Assembly (NCBI GenBank): GCA_025352145.1
Contig: JANXTY010000061.1
Location: 129,188 to 193,187 of the forward strand
Reading direction: 5' to 3'
DNA: 64,000 bases
Source of the DNA: Oxalobacteraceae bacterium
Lineage (GTDB): Bacteria > Pseudomonadota > Gammaproteobacteria > Burkholderiales > Burkholderiaceae_D
Positions 29,821 to 39,224 of this stretch are shown in pieces. Below the pieces are notes generated by a model, which saw only the letters and a program-made list of their open reading frames with translations, did not search any database and was not told where the DNA came from. Position numbers and translations under genes: made by a program. The stretch's first letter is position 1. Every line of letters begins with the position of its first letter.

Positions 29821-29884
29821 ATCTCTGCACGCTGAGTAACGTCAGCTGTTAACCTGAATTATTTCTTCAGAAAAATGGGGCGAT

Positions 29885-30355
29885 TTATTTTTCAGACAAA
29901 AGGGTGACATCTGCTTTGCCGAAAAAATCCTGAATCTCGATCATTTTGTTGAATTCACCGACTTTGTAGGAAAAAATGGTGGAGCCTCCAGCTTCTTGGA
30001 TTTTATATTTTTCTGTGATGTTGCTCTTATAAAAATTCACCACTTTAGCAACTGAACTACGCGTGATAAATCGCATGGTTACGTTGGTATCAGAAGATTT
30101 TTTCTCGACTTTTAATCGTTCTGAATAAAGTGGAATTCTATAGAAAGAATTTGCGTTTGAACCGGTAGAGGCGTCAGCTGCCACATTGTTGTTGATCTTG
30201 ACTTCCTGGGTTTGCGCCGTCATTGGAGGGCGGTCCCCATAATGAATTTTCCCATCGTTGTCGGTCCATTTTTGGATTGCTTGCGCATGGAGCTGAGCCG
30301 AAAAAAGAACCGACAAAATAAGAACATATTTCATAGCGGACGGAAAAATTCTCAT
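29885..30355 (-). CDS. DUF4124-like secreted protein
   Basis: Signal peptide followed by WTDNDGKIHYGDRPP, the DUF4124 signature. It sits 5 nt downstream of the GH2 gene. Confidence 0.6.
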   Translation of the reverse strand: MRIFPSAMKYVLILSVLFSAQLHAQAIQKWTDNDGKIHYGDRPPMTAQTQEVKINNNVAADASTGSNANSFYRIPLYSERLKVEKKSSDTNVTMRFITRSSVAKVVNFYKSNITEKYKIQEAGGSTIFSYKVGEFNKMIEIQDFFGKADVTLLSEK

Positions 30356-30360
30356 GTGAA

Positions 30361-32994
30361 TTAAGGTTGCTTGCTGCGAAGAGTCACTTCCGCACCGGTT
30401 AGTCCATCGCTGCTGGCTTTGAGAACGAGCGGCCCGGACTCCCCTGGTTTGGTGCGAACAATAACGAGAGCCAAACCATTATAGGCGGCACGTTGGGGCG
30501 ACTGGAATGACTCGAAACTCGTGGCATCTCCGTTGTCTGTCGCGATGATTTCACCAGGACCGGTCAGTGTGAAGGCGATGCGGTTCTTTGAACGCGGTAC
30601 GAGCAACCCTTTTTGATCGGTGACGGTGACGGTGATGAAGGATAAATCTTTTCCATCAGCGCGCAGCACAGTGCGGTCGGCGGCGAGTTCCAGTTTTGCG
30701 GCTACCCCGGTCGTGCGGACTACGTCTTCGGCCCACTTCACCCCGTTTTTATAGGCGACGGCACGCAGTTCGCCGGGCTGATACTTTACGTCATCCCAAC
30801 GCAAACGATATTCTAGCGGCCCGCGTTTTTTGCGGCCGAGTGACTGGCCGTTAAGGAAGAGTTCAGCTTCGTCACCGGAGGTGTACAGATGTACCGGCGT
30901 GATTTGGCCGACACGATCTGGCCAGTTCCAGTGCGGTAGCAAGTGCGCCATCGGCAGCTCCGGCCGCCAGCGCGCTTGATAGAGATAGAAGCGGTCTTTC
31001 TTGAAACCGGCAAGATCGATGATGCCGAAATAAGAACTGCGTGAAGGCACTTTTATTTTCTGCAATTCGGCGAGTTCTTTCGCCGCACGTTCCTGTTGTG
31101 CCGGGTCGGTGAAGTTGAGAATGTTGGTCGTGTCAGCGTTGTAAGGCGTCGGCTCGCCGAGGTAGTCGAAACCAGTCCATACAAACTCACCGGCGACGAA
31201 AGGATTCTCGTCCAGACCTTTGAATTCGATATCTGGTGCAAAGGCCCAGCGTGGCGCAGACAGGTCATAGCTACTTACCTGAAAATCCGTTAGTCCTTTG
31301 GATTTATCATCACTTACCGGGAAAAAATATTCTCCACGCGAGCTGACGGTAGAAGCGGTTTCGCTGCCGATCAACGGAATATGCGGCGCACTCTGGTGAA
31401 ACTTTGCGTATTCGCCCGGTTTGTAGTTGTAGCCCAGAACATCGATGGCGGTTTGGAATCCGTTGTAACCGGAACCGGTATTGTTGAACCCGGCGACGGT
31501 CAAGCGAGTACGGTCTTCGCCGCGCACAATCTCGGCAAGATGTGCCGCGACCTTCCATCCCTCGGGCGCGCCTTGTTCGCGGATCTCGTTGCCGATGCTC
31601 CAGAGAATAACGCTGGGGTGGTTGCGGTCGCGCCGCACTTGGGCGCGGAGATCTTTCTCATGCCAGTCGGCAAACAGCAGGTTGTAATCATTAGGTTTTT
31701 TACCCATACGCCAGGCATCAAAGGCTTCGTCCATGATCAGAAAGCCCATACGGTCAGCGAGGTCAAGCAGCTCGGGAGCGGGTGGATTGTGACTGGTGCG
31801 GATGGCGTTGACGCCCATCTCGCGCAGAATTTCCAGCTGTCTTTCCAGCGCTCGCACATTCAATGCCGCACCTAAGGCTCCCAGATCGTGATGGTCGCAG
31901 ACGCCTTGGATCGGCACGCGTTCGCCGTTTAAGAGAAAGCCGCGTGCGGGATCGAAGGCAATGCTGCGGATGCCGAAAGGGGTCTCGATAACATCGGCGA
32001 TTTTATTTTTTTCTGTGATAGTGGTAACGGCTACGTAACGGCGCGGCGTGCGTGGGCTCCAAAGCTGTGGATGAGTAACGACCAACGATTGCGCGATCAG
32101 CGCCTGTCGACCGGCAACGATTTTAGTGGGATACGATGGCGTGCTGGTAGCCACTGGCTCGCCGGTTTTGAGGCCGGCAGCATCCAGCGCATAAATGGCG
32201 GTCGCTACCTGAACTTGGGTTTCGAGGGCGTGGTTTTCAATATTGACTTTGACGTCAACCGTGGCGGCGTCTTTGGTGATGCTAGGTGTGGTGACGAAGG
32301 TGCCGTACTGCGCAATATGAACGGGCGAGGTTTTGACCAGCCAGACGTTACGGTAAATGCCGCCGCCCGGATACCAACGCGAAGAGTTCTCTGGATTCTC
32401 TACGCGAATTGCCAGTACGTTGTCTGCACCGGTTTTTAAATACGGCGTGAGGTCGAGTCGCCATGATGCGTAACCATAAGGCCAGCCGCCGACGAATTGT
32501 CCGTTGAGCCATACTGTTGCGTAAGCCATTGCGCCGTCGACATCCAGATACACGCGTTTGCCGGCATCAGCGACCGGGGAGGTGAAATGTTTGCGATACC
32601 ACGCGACACCCCACCAGGGCAGTTTGCCGGTCTCGCCCGGATATTCCTGCTTGAATGCGCCCTCAATCCCCCAATCGTGCGGCAGGTTCAGGGTGCGCCA
32701 TGCAGAATCATCGAAACCCGCTTGCGTGGTTGCCACTGCTGTACCTGGCTCGCCTATTGGGCGGACGCGTTTTTTTTCGCCGACATTGGCAAAATCTGCA
32801 CCGGTCGCTCCGACCCAATCCTTAATTTTTGCGTAACTCAACTGATCGCCCGTGCCTGTAGGATCGCCTTTGGCAAACCGCCAGTTGGCGTTGAAGGAAA
32901 TGCGTTCGCGGGCCGCATCCTCGGCCTTGGCGGGAGCGAAGGCCAGGCTGAGATATAGCGGGAAAAAAGCGAGTAGGAAGCGGGCTGGTTTCAT
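30361..32994 (-). CDS. glycoside hydrolase family 2 (beta-galactosidase/glucuronidase-like), secreted
   Basis: 877 aa. Signal peptide, FNANWRFAKGDP sugar-binding N-terminus, and NHPSVILWSIGNE acid/base motif. Confidence 0.85.
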   Translation of the reverse strand: MKPARFLLAFFPLYLSLAFAPAKAEDAARERISFNANWRFAKGDPTGTGDQLSYAKIKDWVGATGADFANVGEKKRVRPIGEPGTAVATTQAGFDDSAWRTLNLPHDWGIEGAFKQEYPGETGKLPWWGVAWYRKHFTSPVADAGKRVYLDVDGAMAYATVWLNGQFVGGWPYGYASWRLDLTPYLKTGADNVLAIRVENPENSSRWYPGGGIYRNVWLVKTSPVHIAQYGTFVTTPSITKDAATVDVKVNIENHALETQVQVATAIYALDAAGLKTGEPVATSTPSYPTKIVAGRQALIAQSLVVTHPQLWSPRTPRRYVAVTTITEKNKIADVIETPFGIRSIAFDPARGFLLNGERVPIQGVCDHHDLGALGAALNVRALERQLEILREMGVNAIRTSHNPPAPELLDLADRMGFLIMDEAFDAWRMGKKPNDYNLLFADWHEKDLRAQVRRDRNHPSVILWSIGNEIREQGAPEGWKVAAHLAEIVRGEDRTRLTVAGFNNTGSGYNGFQTAIDVLGYNYKPGEYAKFHQSAPHIPLIGSETASTVSSRGEYFFPVSDDKSKGLTDFQVSSYDLSAPRWAFAPDIEFKGLDENPFVAGEFVWTGFDYLGEPTPYNADTTNILNFTDPAQQERAAKELAELQKIKVPSRSSYFGIIDLAGFKKDRFYLYQARWRPELPMAHLLPHWNWPDRVGQITPVHLYTSGDEAELFLNGQSLGRKKRGPLEYRLRWDDVKYQPGELRAVAYKNGVKWAEDVVRTTGVAAKLELAADRTVLRADGKDLSFITVTVTDQKGLLVPRSKNRIAFTLTGPGEIIATDNGDATSFESFQSPQRAAYNGLALVIVRTKPGESGPLVLKASSDGLTGAEVTLRSKQP

Positions 32995-33005
32995 TGAATG
33001 GGACT

Positions 33006-34046
33006 TTATTTGGTAGAAGTGGATGGGGGAGTGGGTGTGCCAACACGCAGTGTTTCGACCAGCGCAGCAGGAACGGCGATCACGGTCCCGTGGCGCATCC
33101 GAACCGGCGTACCTTCATCGGGGAAATGCATTTGGGCAGTAACGTCTTCCCATGTGACAAGATCGCGCGAGCGCAATGCGCCGTAGTGCTTGGAGGTGTA
33201 AGCATCGAAATAAACGATGGCGTCATTGCCCACCTGCAAGGCAGTCGGCCCTTCAACCCACAGACCGCGTGGCGTGATGGGAGCGCTGAGTTGACCAAAC
33301 GGCCCTTGTAAATCCGTTGCATCCGCTAGCTGGAGATATTTTTTAGGCGGGTTGCGTGTTTCGTCTTTAACGATAAGATGATCCCGGCCATTAAAGCGCA
33401 GGAACGTAGCGTCGATCACACTAAAACCTGGATCGTAAAAGAGTTTGGTGGGGGAAAATGTGACGAAGTCCTTAGTCGTGGTGGAATATATCCGATGATT
33501 GTATTGTTCTTCGGATGAACCAATGGTCTCTGTGAACTTTCCCGTGACAGTGGAGGACCAGAAAATCAAAAACTCGCTGCGTTTTTCGTCATACACGATC
33601 TCGGGCGCCCACGTATTGAGTACACCCGGCTCATGTGCCATTACTGGAATTGCCTTCTGTTCAGACCAGGTGACAATGTCCTTTGAAGATGCGTAGCCGA
33701 TAACGTTTTCCTTCCAGCCTGCGGTCCATACCATGTGGTAAGTACCGTCGGGGCCGCGCACGATACACGGATCGCGCATGAGTTTGGATATGCCAACGGT
33801 GGGTGTGAGAGTGCTGCGCCCGCCGTTGAGTTTTTCCCAATGATAACCATCGGTGCTGGCGGCCAGGTGCAGGCCGTCTTCGCCATTTTTGGTGAAGTAG
33901 GTGAAGAGGTAAGCACTCGTTTTTACCGGGGGCTGCACCGCCCCCGCCGTCGGTGCTGTCATCGCTGTTGGGGAACAGGCAGAGGTGAGTGCAAGACCGA
34001 CAGCCAAGGCTACCGGCATGACGAGGTGGCGGTGAAAGGGCTTCAT
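33006..34046 (-). CDS. five-bladed beta-propeller glycoside hydrolase (GH43-like) lipoprotein
   Basis: MKPFHRHLVMPVALAVGLALTSAC lipobox. LMRDPCIVRGPDGTYHMVWT and WAPEIVYD motifs resemble GH43. The track start at 34070 would overlap the upstream gene. Confidence 0.6.
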   Translation of the reverse strand: MKPFHRHLVMPVALAVGLALTSACSPTAMTAPTAGAVQPPVKTSAYLFTYFTKNGEDGLHLAASTDGYHWEKLNGGRSTLTPTVGISKLMRDPCIVRGPDGTYHMVWTAGWKENVIGYASSKDIVTWSEQKAIPVMAHEPGVLNTWAPEIVYDEKRSEFLIFWSSTVTGKFTETIGSSEEQYNHRIYSTTTKDFVTFSPTKLFYDPGFSVIDATFLRFNGRDHLIVKDETRNPPKKYLQLADATDLQGPFGQLSAPITPRGLWVEGPTALQVGNDAIVYFDAYTSKHYGALRSRDLVTWEDVTAQMHFPDEGTPVRMRHGTVIAVPAALVETLRVGTPTPPSTSTK

Positions 34047-34135
34047 ATTATTTATGATCTTCGTCGCCAAGCGGACGTTCCGTAGTGAAAGCCGCGCTCT
34101 TTGGTACGGCGAACGTTTCTACCGGATCGGGATGC
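33983..34135. repeat. copy A of a diverged ~150-bp duplication (CE12 3' end, junction, GH43 signal peptide)
   Basis: Aligns by eye with 35374-35525 at a constant offset of ~1390 nt. Shared strings include ctctttggtacggc, ttcatattatt and tgcaagRccgaca. Confidence 0.7.
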
Positions 34136-35436
34136 GCCGGATCGAACTGACCGAAATCGTCAACCACGAAAGAAGCAACAGGGACTTTTGCTTTACGCAA
34201 GCCGACAATGATGCTCTTCGCCAGTTCATAACTGCCGTAATTATTGTGGTGGGTGTTATCCACTTTGCCTGGGGTTGGCTCGGCAAAGGCGAGTTTGCTT
34301 TTCTCAGGGCCGAGCGCTTCGTAGAATGGCTTGCTCATGGCGTTCAGGTCGATAAAGGCAACTCCCAGCTCCTGTGCTGCCTGGCGTGCGCCTTCTGCAT
34401 AGTCGGATAAGGACGGAACGACTTTGCCTGCCGCATCGAAATTACGACGTTCCATCGGTGAGACAATTACAGGGATGCCGCCACGTGCACGCACACCGTC
34501 TACGTGTGTTTTTATTTCTGCTTTATAAGTGGTGAATGGTCCACTTTTTCCATCCTTCATTTGCTTCTGGTCATTGTGCCCGAACTGCATGACTAAGGTG
34601 TCGCCCGGCTTCATGACGCTCAGCACTTTGTCGAGGCGGCGGCGTCCAATGGAATCGCGGTAGGCTTCACCCGATTCGCCATAATTGGCAATGGCTATAC
34701 TTGATTTGAAAAAGCGCGGTAGCATTTGCCCCCAGCTAGCGTAAGGTTCACCGCCTTGATCGCAGACCGTGGAATCGCCCAGGAGAAACAGCGTCGGTGT
34801 TTTAACGGGGGTAATTTCAACTGAACAAACTGCAGGGTGATCGCCATCAAATTCGAGCGTGATGCGGCGATCCCATGATCTGGCTTCCCCCACGGATTCG
34901 CGTGGTACCTTAAGTTTGACCGCTCCCTCAGCGATACTATCTACGGCAGTGATCTTGGGCGTGCGGACATTGACGTTAAAGCTGCGTGTGGCGAATTCGC
35001 CGGGAGCAGTCTTGACGTTCTCCAGCATCAGGCGCCGTAATTCTGCCTTGACGGTTGTTGTCGTTGGCGCGTTGCTGGTATTGCCGAGTGTGACCGAGAC
35101 CTTGTAATTGCCTTCTGCAGGCACGTCAGCCGTAAAGAAAAACGGTTTGTCGCTGGTGATGCAATCTTTGTGGACGGGATTGCTGCTGTTGTTTTGTATG
35201 GCTTGCAATGTTGCGCCTTCTTCGAATCCGAAGCCGCGTTCTTTCGTGTAAGTCGACTCTGGCAATACCGACGTGTAACCGGGGGCAACGTGGCTGGCGC
35301 TGAAGTCAAATTGGGCACTTGCTTTTTCAGAGGAGGGGATTGCCCCGGACGTTGCGGTTGTAGAGCACGCAGTCGTGAATGCAAGGCCGACAACCAATGC
35401 CATTGGAGTGAAGATGTGACGGGGAAATGTATTCAT
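34048..35436 (-). CDS. SGNH/GDSL esterase (rhamnogalacturonan acetylesterase-like, CE12) lipoprotein with an N-terminal extra domain
   Basis: MNTFPRHIFTPMALVVGLAFTTAC lipobox. FLLGDSTVCDQ (GDS block I), a GHND block and a DNTHHN block in the C-terminal half. Confidence 0.7.
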   Translation of the reverse strand: MNTFPRHIFTPMALVVGLAFTTACSTTATSGAIPSSEKASAQFDFSASHVAPGYTSVLPESTYTKERGFGFEEGATLQAIQNNSSNPVHKDCITSDKPFFFTADVPAEGNYKVSVTLGNTSNAPTTTTVKAELRRLMLENVKTAPGEFATRSFNVNVRTPKITAVDSIAEGAVKLKVPRESVGEARSWDRRITLEFDGDHPAVCSVEITPVKTPTLFLLGDSTVCDQGGEPYASWGQMLPRFFKSSIAIANYGESGEAYRDSIGRRRLDKVLSVMKPGDTLVMQFGHNDQKQMKDGKSGPFTTYKAEIKTHVDGVRARGGIPVIVSPMERRNFDAAGKVVPSLSDYAEGARQAAQELGVAFIDLNAMSKPFYEALGPEKSKLAFAEPTPGKVDNTHHNNYGSYELAKSIIVGLRKAKVPVASFVVDDFGQFDPAHPDPVETFAVPKSAAFTTERPLGDEDHK

Positions 35437-35525
35437 ATTATTTTGATCCTCATTGTTGAGTGGGCACAAAGTGATAAAAGTACGACTCTTTGGTACGGCA
35501 AACGCTTCTACAGGATTCGGTGGAG
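35374..35525. repeat. copy B of the diverged ~150-bp duplication (remnant 3' end, junction, CE12 signal peptide)
   Basis: See copy A. The minus-strand translation PPNPVEAFAVPKSRTFITLCPLNNEDQNN-M parallels HPDPVETFAVPKSAAFTTERPLGDEDHK*-M. Confidence 0.7.
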
Positions 35526-35588
35526 TCCGTTAGGTTGATCTTGTGGATTTTTCTGAATAAGGTGCCGCTAATTTATGGTTCATTTTTA

Positions 35589-36923
35589 TTACATGGACGG
35601 CGTGACAACTGTAGCAGCTTTGGTCGTGGTAGTGCCAGTTTCGAATGCACCGAGATCTGGGGCTGCACCTTGATAGGGTAAACCAACATCTATGCCTTTG
35701 TCGATCAAATTGCTGCCCACCGCTAAGTGCATGCTAGTTAGAACAGGCAGGCTACCGTCGGCTTGCCTTGGGCCATCCCATCCCCTGTCGGACACGCTTT
35801 GGAAATCGGCGTCCGTTAGCGTAACTGGCAAACTCCACGCGTTATTGGCATCGTCGGCGCCGCTGATGTTACGTAACAATTTACCTTTGTAGGCAATATT
35901 GTTCCGCAGGTTGCCCAGGTTAATGGCCTGACCGTTCGCATCGATTCCTAGCATATCGAAATTAACGCCATTATCGAAGCTGGTATTGTTAAAAAAATCG
36001 AGGGCCAGCGGATGATGGTTTGCGTAAAATCCTGCGACCTTATTAGCGAACGCTACAGAGAAACGCACAGTGTGCTTGACCCCATTCGATACATAGCGCC
36101 CGCCATATCCGCCTGCTTTGATGCCGTTACCATTGCCAGCCGGGAGCGAGGTTTTTGTTCCTGGCAAGTAGCCTTGCAGCCACGCCCACGAGTACTCGAT
36201 CGTTACGGGCGAATACGCGTTGATGAGATCGAACCCGTCATCCGTGTTTGACCAGGCGCGACAACCACGAAACACATTACCGGGATGACCTGCGGAGATG
36301 TGCGCGCCGAATCCGTCGGCGCTTTGTCCCGCGCCATTTGATGTGAGTGGGTCGTAATTATGGTGCGAATCACAGTTCAAAACCACGTTATTACCGCCAT
36401 CTTTAATGAATAAACCCGGTCCCATATTGTGGTGGGTATTGAGTTGTTCGAAGACGTTGTCGCTGCCGGAAATCCATACTCCCCAAGATTCGTGATTGCG
36501 GTTGTTATGTTGCGGTACGCCGGTGATCTCCAGTCCTTTCAGGTGAATAAAGCTGCCGGTAACGTTAAAGCCTTTGACCCGGCAATCGTCTTGCATCTTA
36601 GAAAAATCAAAAATCGGCGTTTCACCCGGATAGGCCCAATAATGAATCAGCTTCCCTGAGGTGCCGCTTTTGTTTAAGGTGATGGCATTTACAGTTGCAG
36701 TTTGACTGGCGCAGGTGTTGACGGCTTTGGTGTACTCGTAGGTACCGGCCCGGAAATACACCCTATCTCCAGCCTCCACCTTATCTTGAGCGTGGGCGAT
36801 CGATGCCCAAGGTTCTGCCTTGGTTCCTGATGCGGCATCACTACCCGTGGGCGCGACGTAGTAGGCGGCAGCCAATGCCGTAGCTGGACTGAACGTGGTA
36901 AGTAAGACCAGCGGGGCAAGCAA
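35589..36923 (-). CDS. right-handed parallel beta-helix protein (pectate/rhamnogalacturonan lyase-like, PL9-type N-terminus)
   Basis: AYYVAPTGSDAASGTKAEPWASIAHAQDKVEAGDRVYFRAGTYEY is the usual N-terminal cap of secreted beta-helix lyases, and beta-helix repeats follow. The start codon is ambiguous (TTG at 36923). Confidence 0.6.
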   Translation of the reverse strand: MLAPLVLLTTFSPATALAAAYYVAPTGSDAASGTKAEPWASIAHAQDKVEAGDRVYFRAGTYEYTKAVNTCASQTATVNAITLNKSGTSGKLIHYWAYPGETPIFDFSKMQDDCRVKGFNVTGSFIHLKGLEITGVPQHNNRNHESWGVWISGSDNVFEQLNTHHNMGPGLFIKDGGNNVVLNCDSHHNYDPLTSNGAGQSADGFGAHISAGHPGNVFRGCRAWSNTDDGFDLINAYSPVTIEYSWAWLQGYLPGTKTSLPAGNGNGIKAGGYGGRYVSNGVKHTVRFSVAFANKVAGFYANHHPLALDFFNNTSFDNGVNFDMLGIDANGQAINLGNLRNNIAYKGKLLRNISGADDANNAWSLPVTLTDADFQSVSDRGWDGPRQADGSLPVLTSMHLAVGSNLIDKGIDVGLPYQGAAPDLGAFETGTTTTKAATVVTPSM

Positions 36924-37297
36924 GACAAAGGCGCTTACGTAGGGGGATAACCATGAACGCGTTTTTATAATTTACTCCTCATGAAATTATTGATCGGGGG
37001 CGGTGGTTAGGCGCTTTTTGCAATGAAACCAGAACCGGGTGCTGATTGTCTATTTTATTAACCGAAGGTTACAATTTTATTGCGCTTATCGACCTTAAAA
37101 AACCTGTTTTTTGAATGGAGGGTGTTTCAAAGAGTGGGGTAGGCCTCACACACGGAAGTGTTTTCCAGCTTCAAAAAATTAATGGGTGGTTTGGTGGGTA
37201 TTGATTAATACATTCAGCAACAGATTTTTTTGGGCCTAAGTGTGAGCTAATTTTTTCTGTCTACACTAAATGGGCGTTAATTTTTTCGCACACCCAA

Positions 37298-37723
37298 ATG
37301 GAGAAACCTATGCTTCAACTTAATATATTTAACCGTCCTGTTTTCACCATCGTTGCTGTTCTCATTGCCGGCTTGCCCTTAATCGCTGGCGCAGCACCGG
37401 CTGAATGTACTGCTAAAGTAACCGGTAAACTGTCTGATAGCGAAATGAAAAATATGGCCAAAATTAGCTTGGCCGATGCGCAAGCGACCGCCATTAAATT
37501 GGTTGGTGCTGATCTGAAAAAAATAAAGGGAAAAGAACTTGAAGTGGAAGAAGGCTGCCTGTTGTACTCTTTTGATTTACAACTCAAGTCAACCAAAGGA
37601 ACAGAGGAAATCATGATCGATGCCGTTTCAGGCCAGGTCTTTTCGCAAAAACACGAAACGCCTGCGGACGAAGCCGAAGAGAAAGCAGCCGACAAAAAAG
37701 AAGAAAAAGCAAAAAAGAAATAA
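37298..37723 (+). CDS. PepSY-domain periplasmic protein with an acidic/lysine-rich tail
   Basis: Signal peptide. ISLADAQATAIKLVG...LLYSFDLQLKSTKGTEEIMIDAVSGQV matches the PepSY pattern. Confidence 0.7.
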   Translation: MEKPMLQLNIFNRPVFTIVAVLIAGLPLIAGAAPAECTAKVTGKLSDSEMKNMAKISLADAQATAIKLVGADLKKIKGKELEVEEGCLLYSFDLQLKSTKGTEEIMIDAVSGQVFSQKHETPADEAEEKAADKKEEKAKKK

Positions 37724-37746
37724 TGTCTTTGCATGATCAATAGAAG

Positions 37747-37785
37747 AGCGGGCGCAAAGCAAAGCCGCTTGCGCCCGCTTTATTT
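37747..37785 (+). terminator. rho-independent terminator after the PepSY gene
   Basis: agcgggcgcaa (37747-37757) pairs with ttgcgcccgct (37769-37779), followed by TTATTT. It lies inside the track's 5' extension of the next ORF, which argues for a later start there. Confidence 0.7.
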
Positions 37786-37906
37786 CGTCAATGATTCGAC
37801 AGCAAACTCGCTCTCCTCTCTTTACCAATCTATGCAAATACCTTCTGCCTTTGAAACCTCCCCCTCGCTCGTTAGTGATGTATCGGAAGGCGGTAGTAGC
37901 GCCACC

Positions 37907-38647
37907 ATGCGCAATAAAGTTCCGCGCATTACGCTGGTGTTTTGGACGATCAAAATTTTATCCACAACCGTAGGCGAAACCGGCGCGGATTATCTGGCAG
38001 TGCACGCCGGTTTGGGTCAGATTGTGACGGATGCAATGATGGCTGCGTGTCTGGCGCTCGCGCTGGCATGGCAATTACGCGCTCATACCTATGTGCCTTG
38101 GAAATATTGGCTTACTGTGGTGTTATTGAGTGTGGTCGGTACGCAGATCACCGATGTGCTTACCGATGGTTTGGGAGTGAGTCTGTATCTCAGCACAGCC
38201 GTATTCAGCGTGCTATTGGCAGCGTTGTTTGGCGTATGGTACTGGCGCGAAAGAACGCTGTCGATTCGTACTATCGTCAATCGGCGACGCGAGCTGTTTT
38301 ACTGGGCGGCGATCCTGCTGACCTTTGCCTTGGGCACCGCTGCCGGCGATCTGGCGACAGAAGCGCTCGGTTTCGGATTCCGGGTGGGGGTAGTGGTCTT
38401 CGCCGCCTTGATTGCTGCTGTTGTGAGCGCTTATTTTCTGAGTGCAGATGCGGTGCTGACCTTTTGGCTGGCCTACATTCTGACGCGACCATTGGGCGCA
38501 TCCCTTGGCGACTGGCTGGCGCAGTCGACGGAGTACGGCGGGCTTGGTTTGGGTACCATCTACACAAGTATCGCTTTTCTCGTTGCCATCATTTCGCTGG
38601 TGGTGATGGTGAGCTTTACCCAGAGGCATTCTGAGAATGTACCGTAA
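37907..38647 (+). CDS. polytopic membrane protein (COG4705-like)
   Basis: MRNKVPRITLVFWTIKILSTTVGETGADYL followed by ~6 TM segments. The start is 37907 or 37832; the track start at 37733 overlaps the terminator. Confidence 0.6.
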   Translation: MRNKVPRITLVFWTIKILSTTVGETGADYLAVHAGLGQIVTDAMMAACLALALAWQLRAHTYVPWKYWLTVVLLSVVGTQITDVLTDGLGVSLYLSTAVFSVLLAALFGVWYWRERTLSIRTIVNRRRELFYWAAILLTFALGTAAGDLATEALGFGFRVGVVVFAALIAAVVSAYFLSADAVLTFWLAYILTRPLGASLGDWLAQSTEYGGLGLGTIYTSIAFLVAIISLVVMVSFTQRHSENVP

Positions 38648-38734
38648 TTACGCCGTAATAAATAAAGCAGCAATTTTTTTACCGCTTGGACGGTTCCAGG
38701 CGCCCTATTTATCTCGCAATGACAGGAGTTAATC

Positions 38735-39160
38735 ATGCAATCAATTTTCCACCGCAAAAAATCCGCAACGCGCTTAAAAATGGTCACGGCTGTCGCGTTG
38801 TTTAGTCTTTTCTGGGCCGGATATGGTGTGCCTCCGGTCTCCCTGATGACGGCCGCGCAAGCGGCAAGCGTATCAAAGTTGGGTGATCTCTCCTCGTTCA
38901 GAAAGATCGCCCAAGATACGGCGGCCCTGATTGAAAAAGGCGATCTTGCCGCTGCCAAAATTCGTATCAAAGACCTTGAAGTGAGTTGGGACGAGGCGGA
39001 AGCTGGTTTGAAACCGCGCGCGGCGGCAGACTGGCATGTACTCGATAAAGCCATTGATCGCGTCTTATCGGCATTACGCGATAATCCCCCCGAGATGCGG
39101 ACCTGCAAGCAAGCCAGTACTGAGCTTCTTGCGACATTCGATAAGGCCACTGGGAAATAA
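38735..39160 (+). CDS. secreted small helical protein of unknown function
   Basis: 141 aa with a signal peptide and a helical KIRIKDLEVSWDEAEAGLKPRAAADWHVLDKAIDRVLSAL region. It lies directly upstream of the response regulator. An antisense ORF (38560-39189) was rejected. Confidence 0.5.
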   Translation: MQSIFHRKKSATRLKMVTAVALFSLFWAGYGVPPVSLMTAAQAASVSKLGDLSSFRKIAQDTAALIEKGDLAAAKIRIKDLEVSWDEAEAGLKPRAAADWHVLDKAIDRVLSALRDNPPEMRTCKQASTELLATFDKATGK

Positions 39161-39224
39161 AATCTCGATCGCTGCCGATGGCGTTTCAAATGTAATGTCG
39201 CGCGCCATAGGCGCAGGAGGATAG

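Noticed and set aside
37942-38634. 230-aa alternate-frame + ORF and several minus ORFs overlapping the COG4705-like membrane gene.
   Set aside because: They are Arg/Gly/Cys-rich frame-shadow translations, typical of GC-rich coding DNA. The called frame gives regular TM helices.
38560-39189. 209-aa minus-strand ORF covering the small periplasmic protein gene.
   Set aside because: It is Arg/Ser/Ala-rich with no signal peptide or domain. The + strand ORF has a signal peptide, fits the operon direction and ends just before the RR gene.
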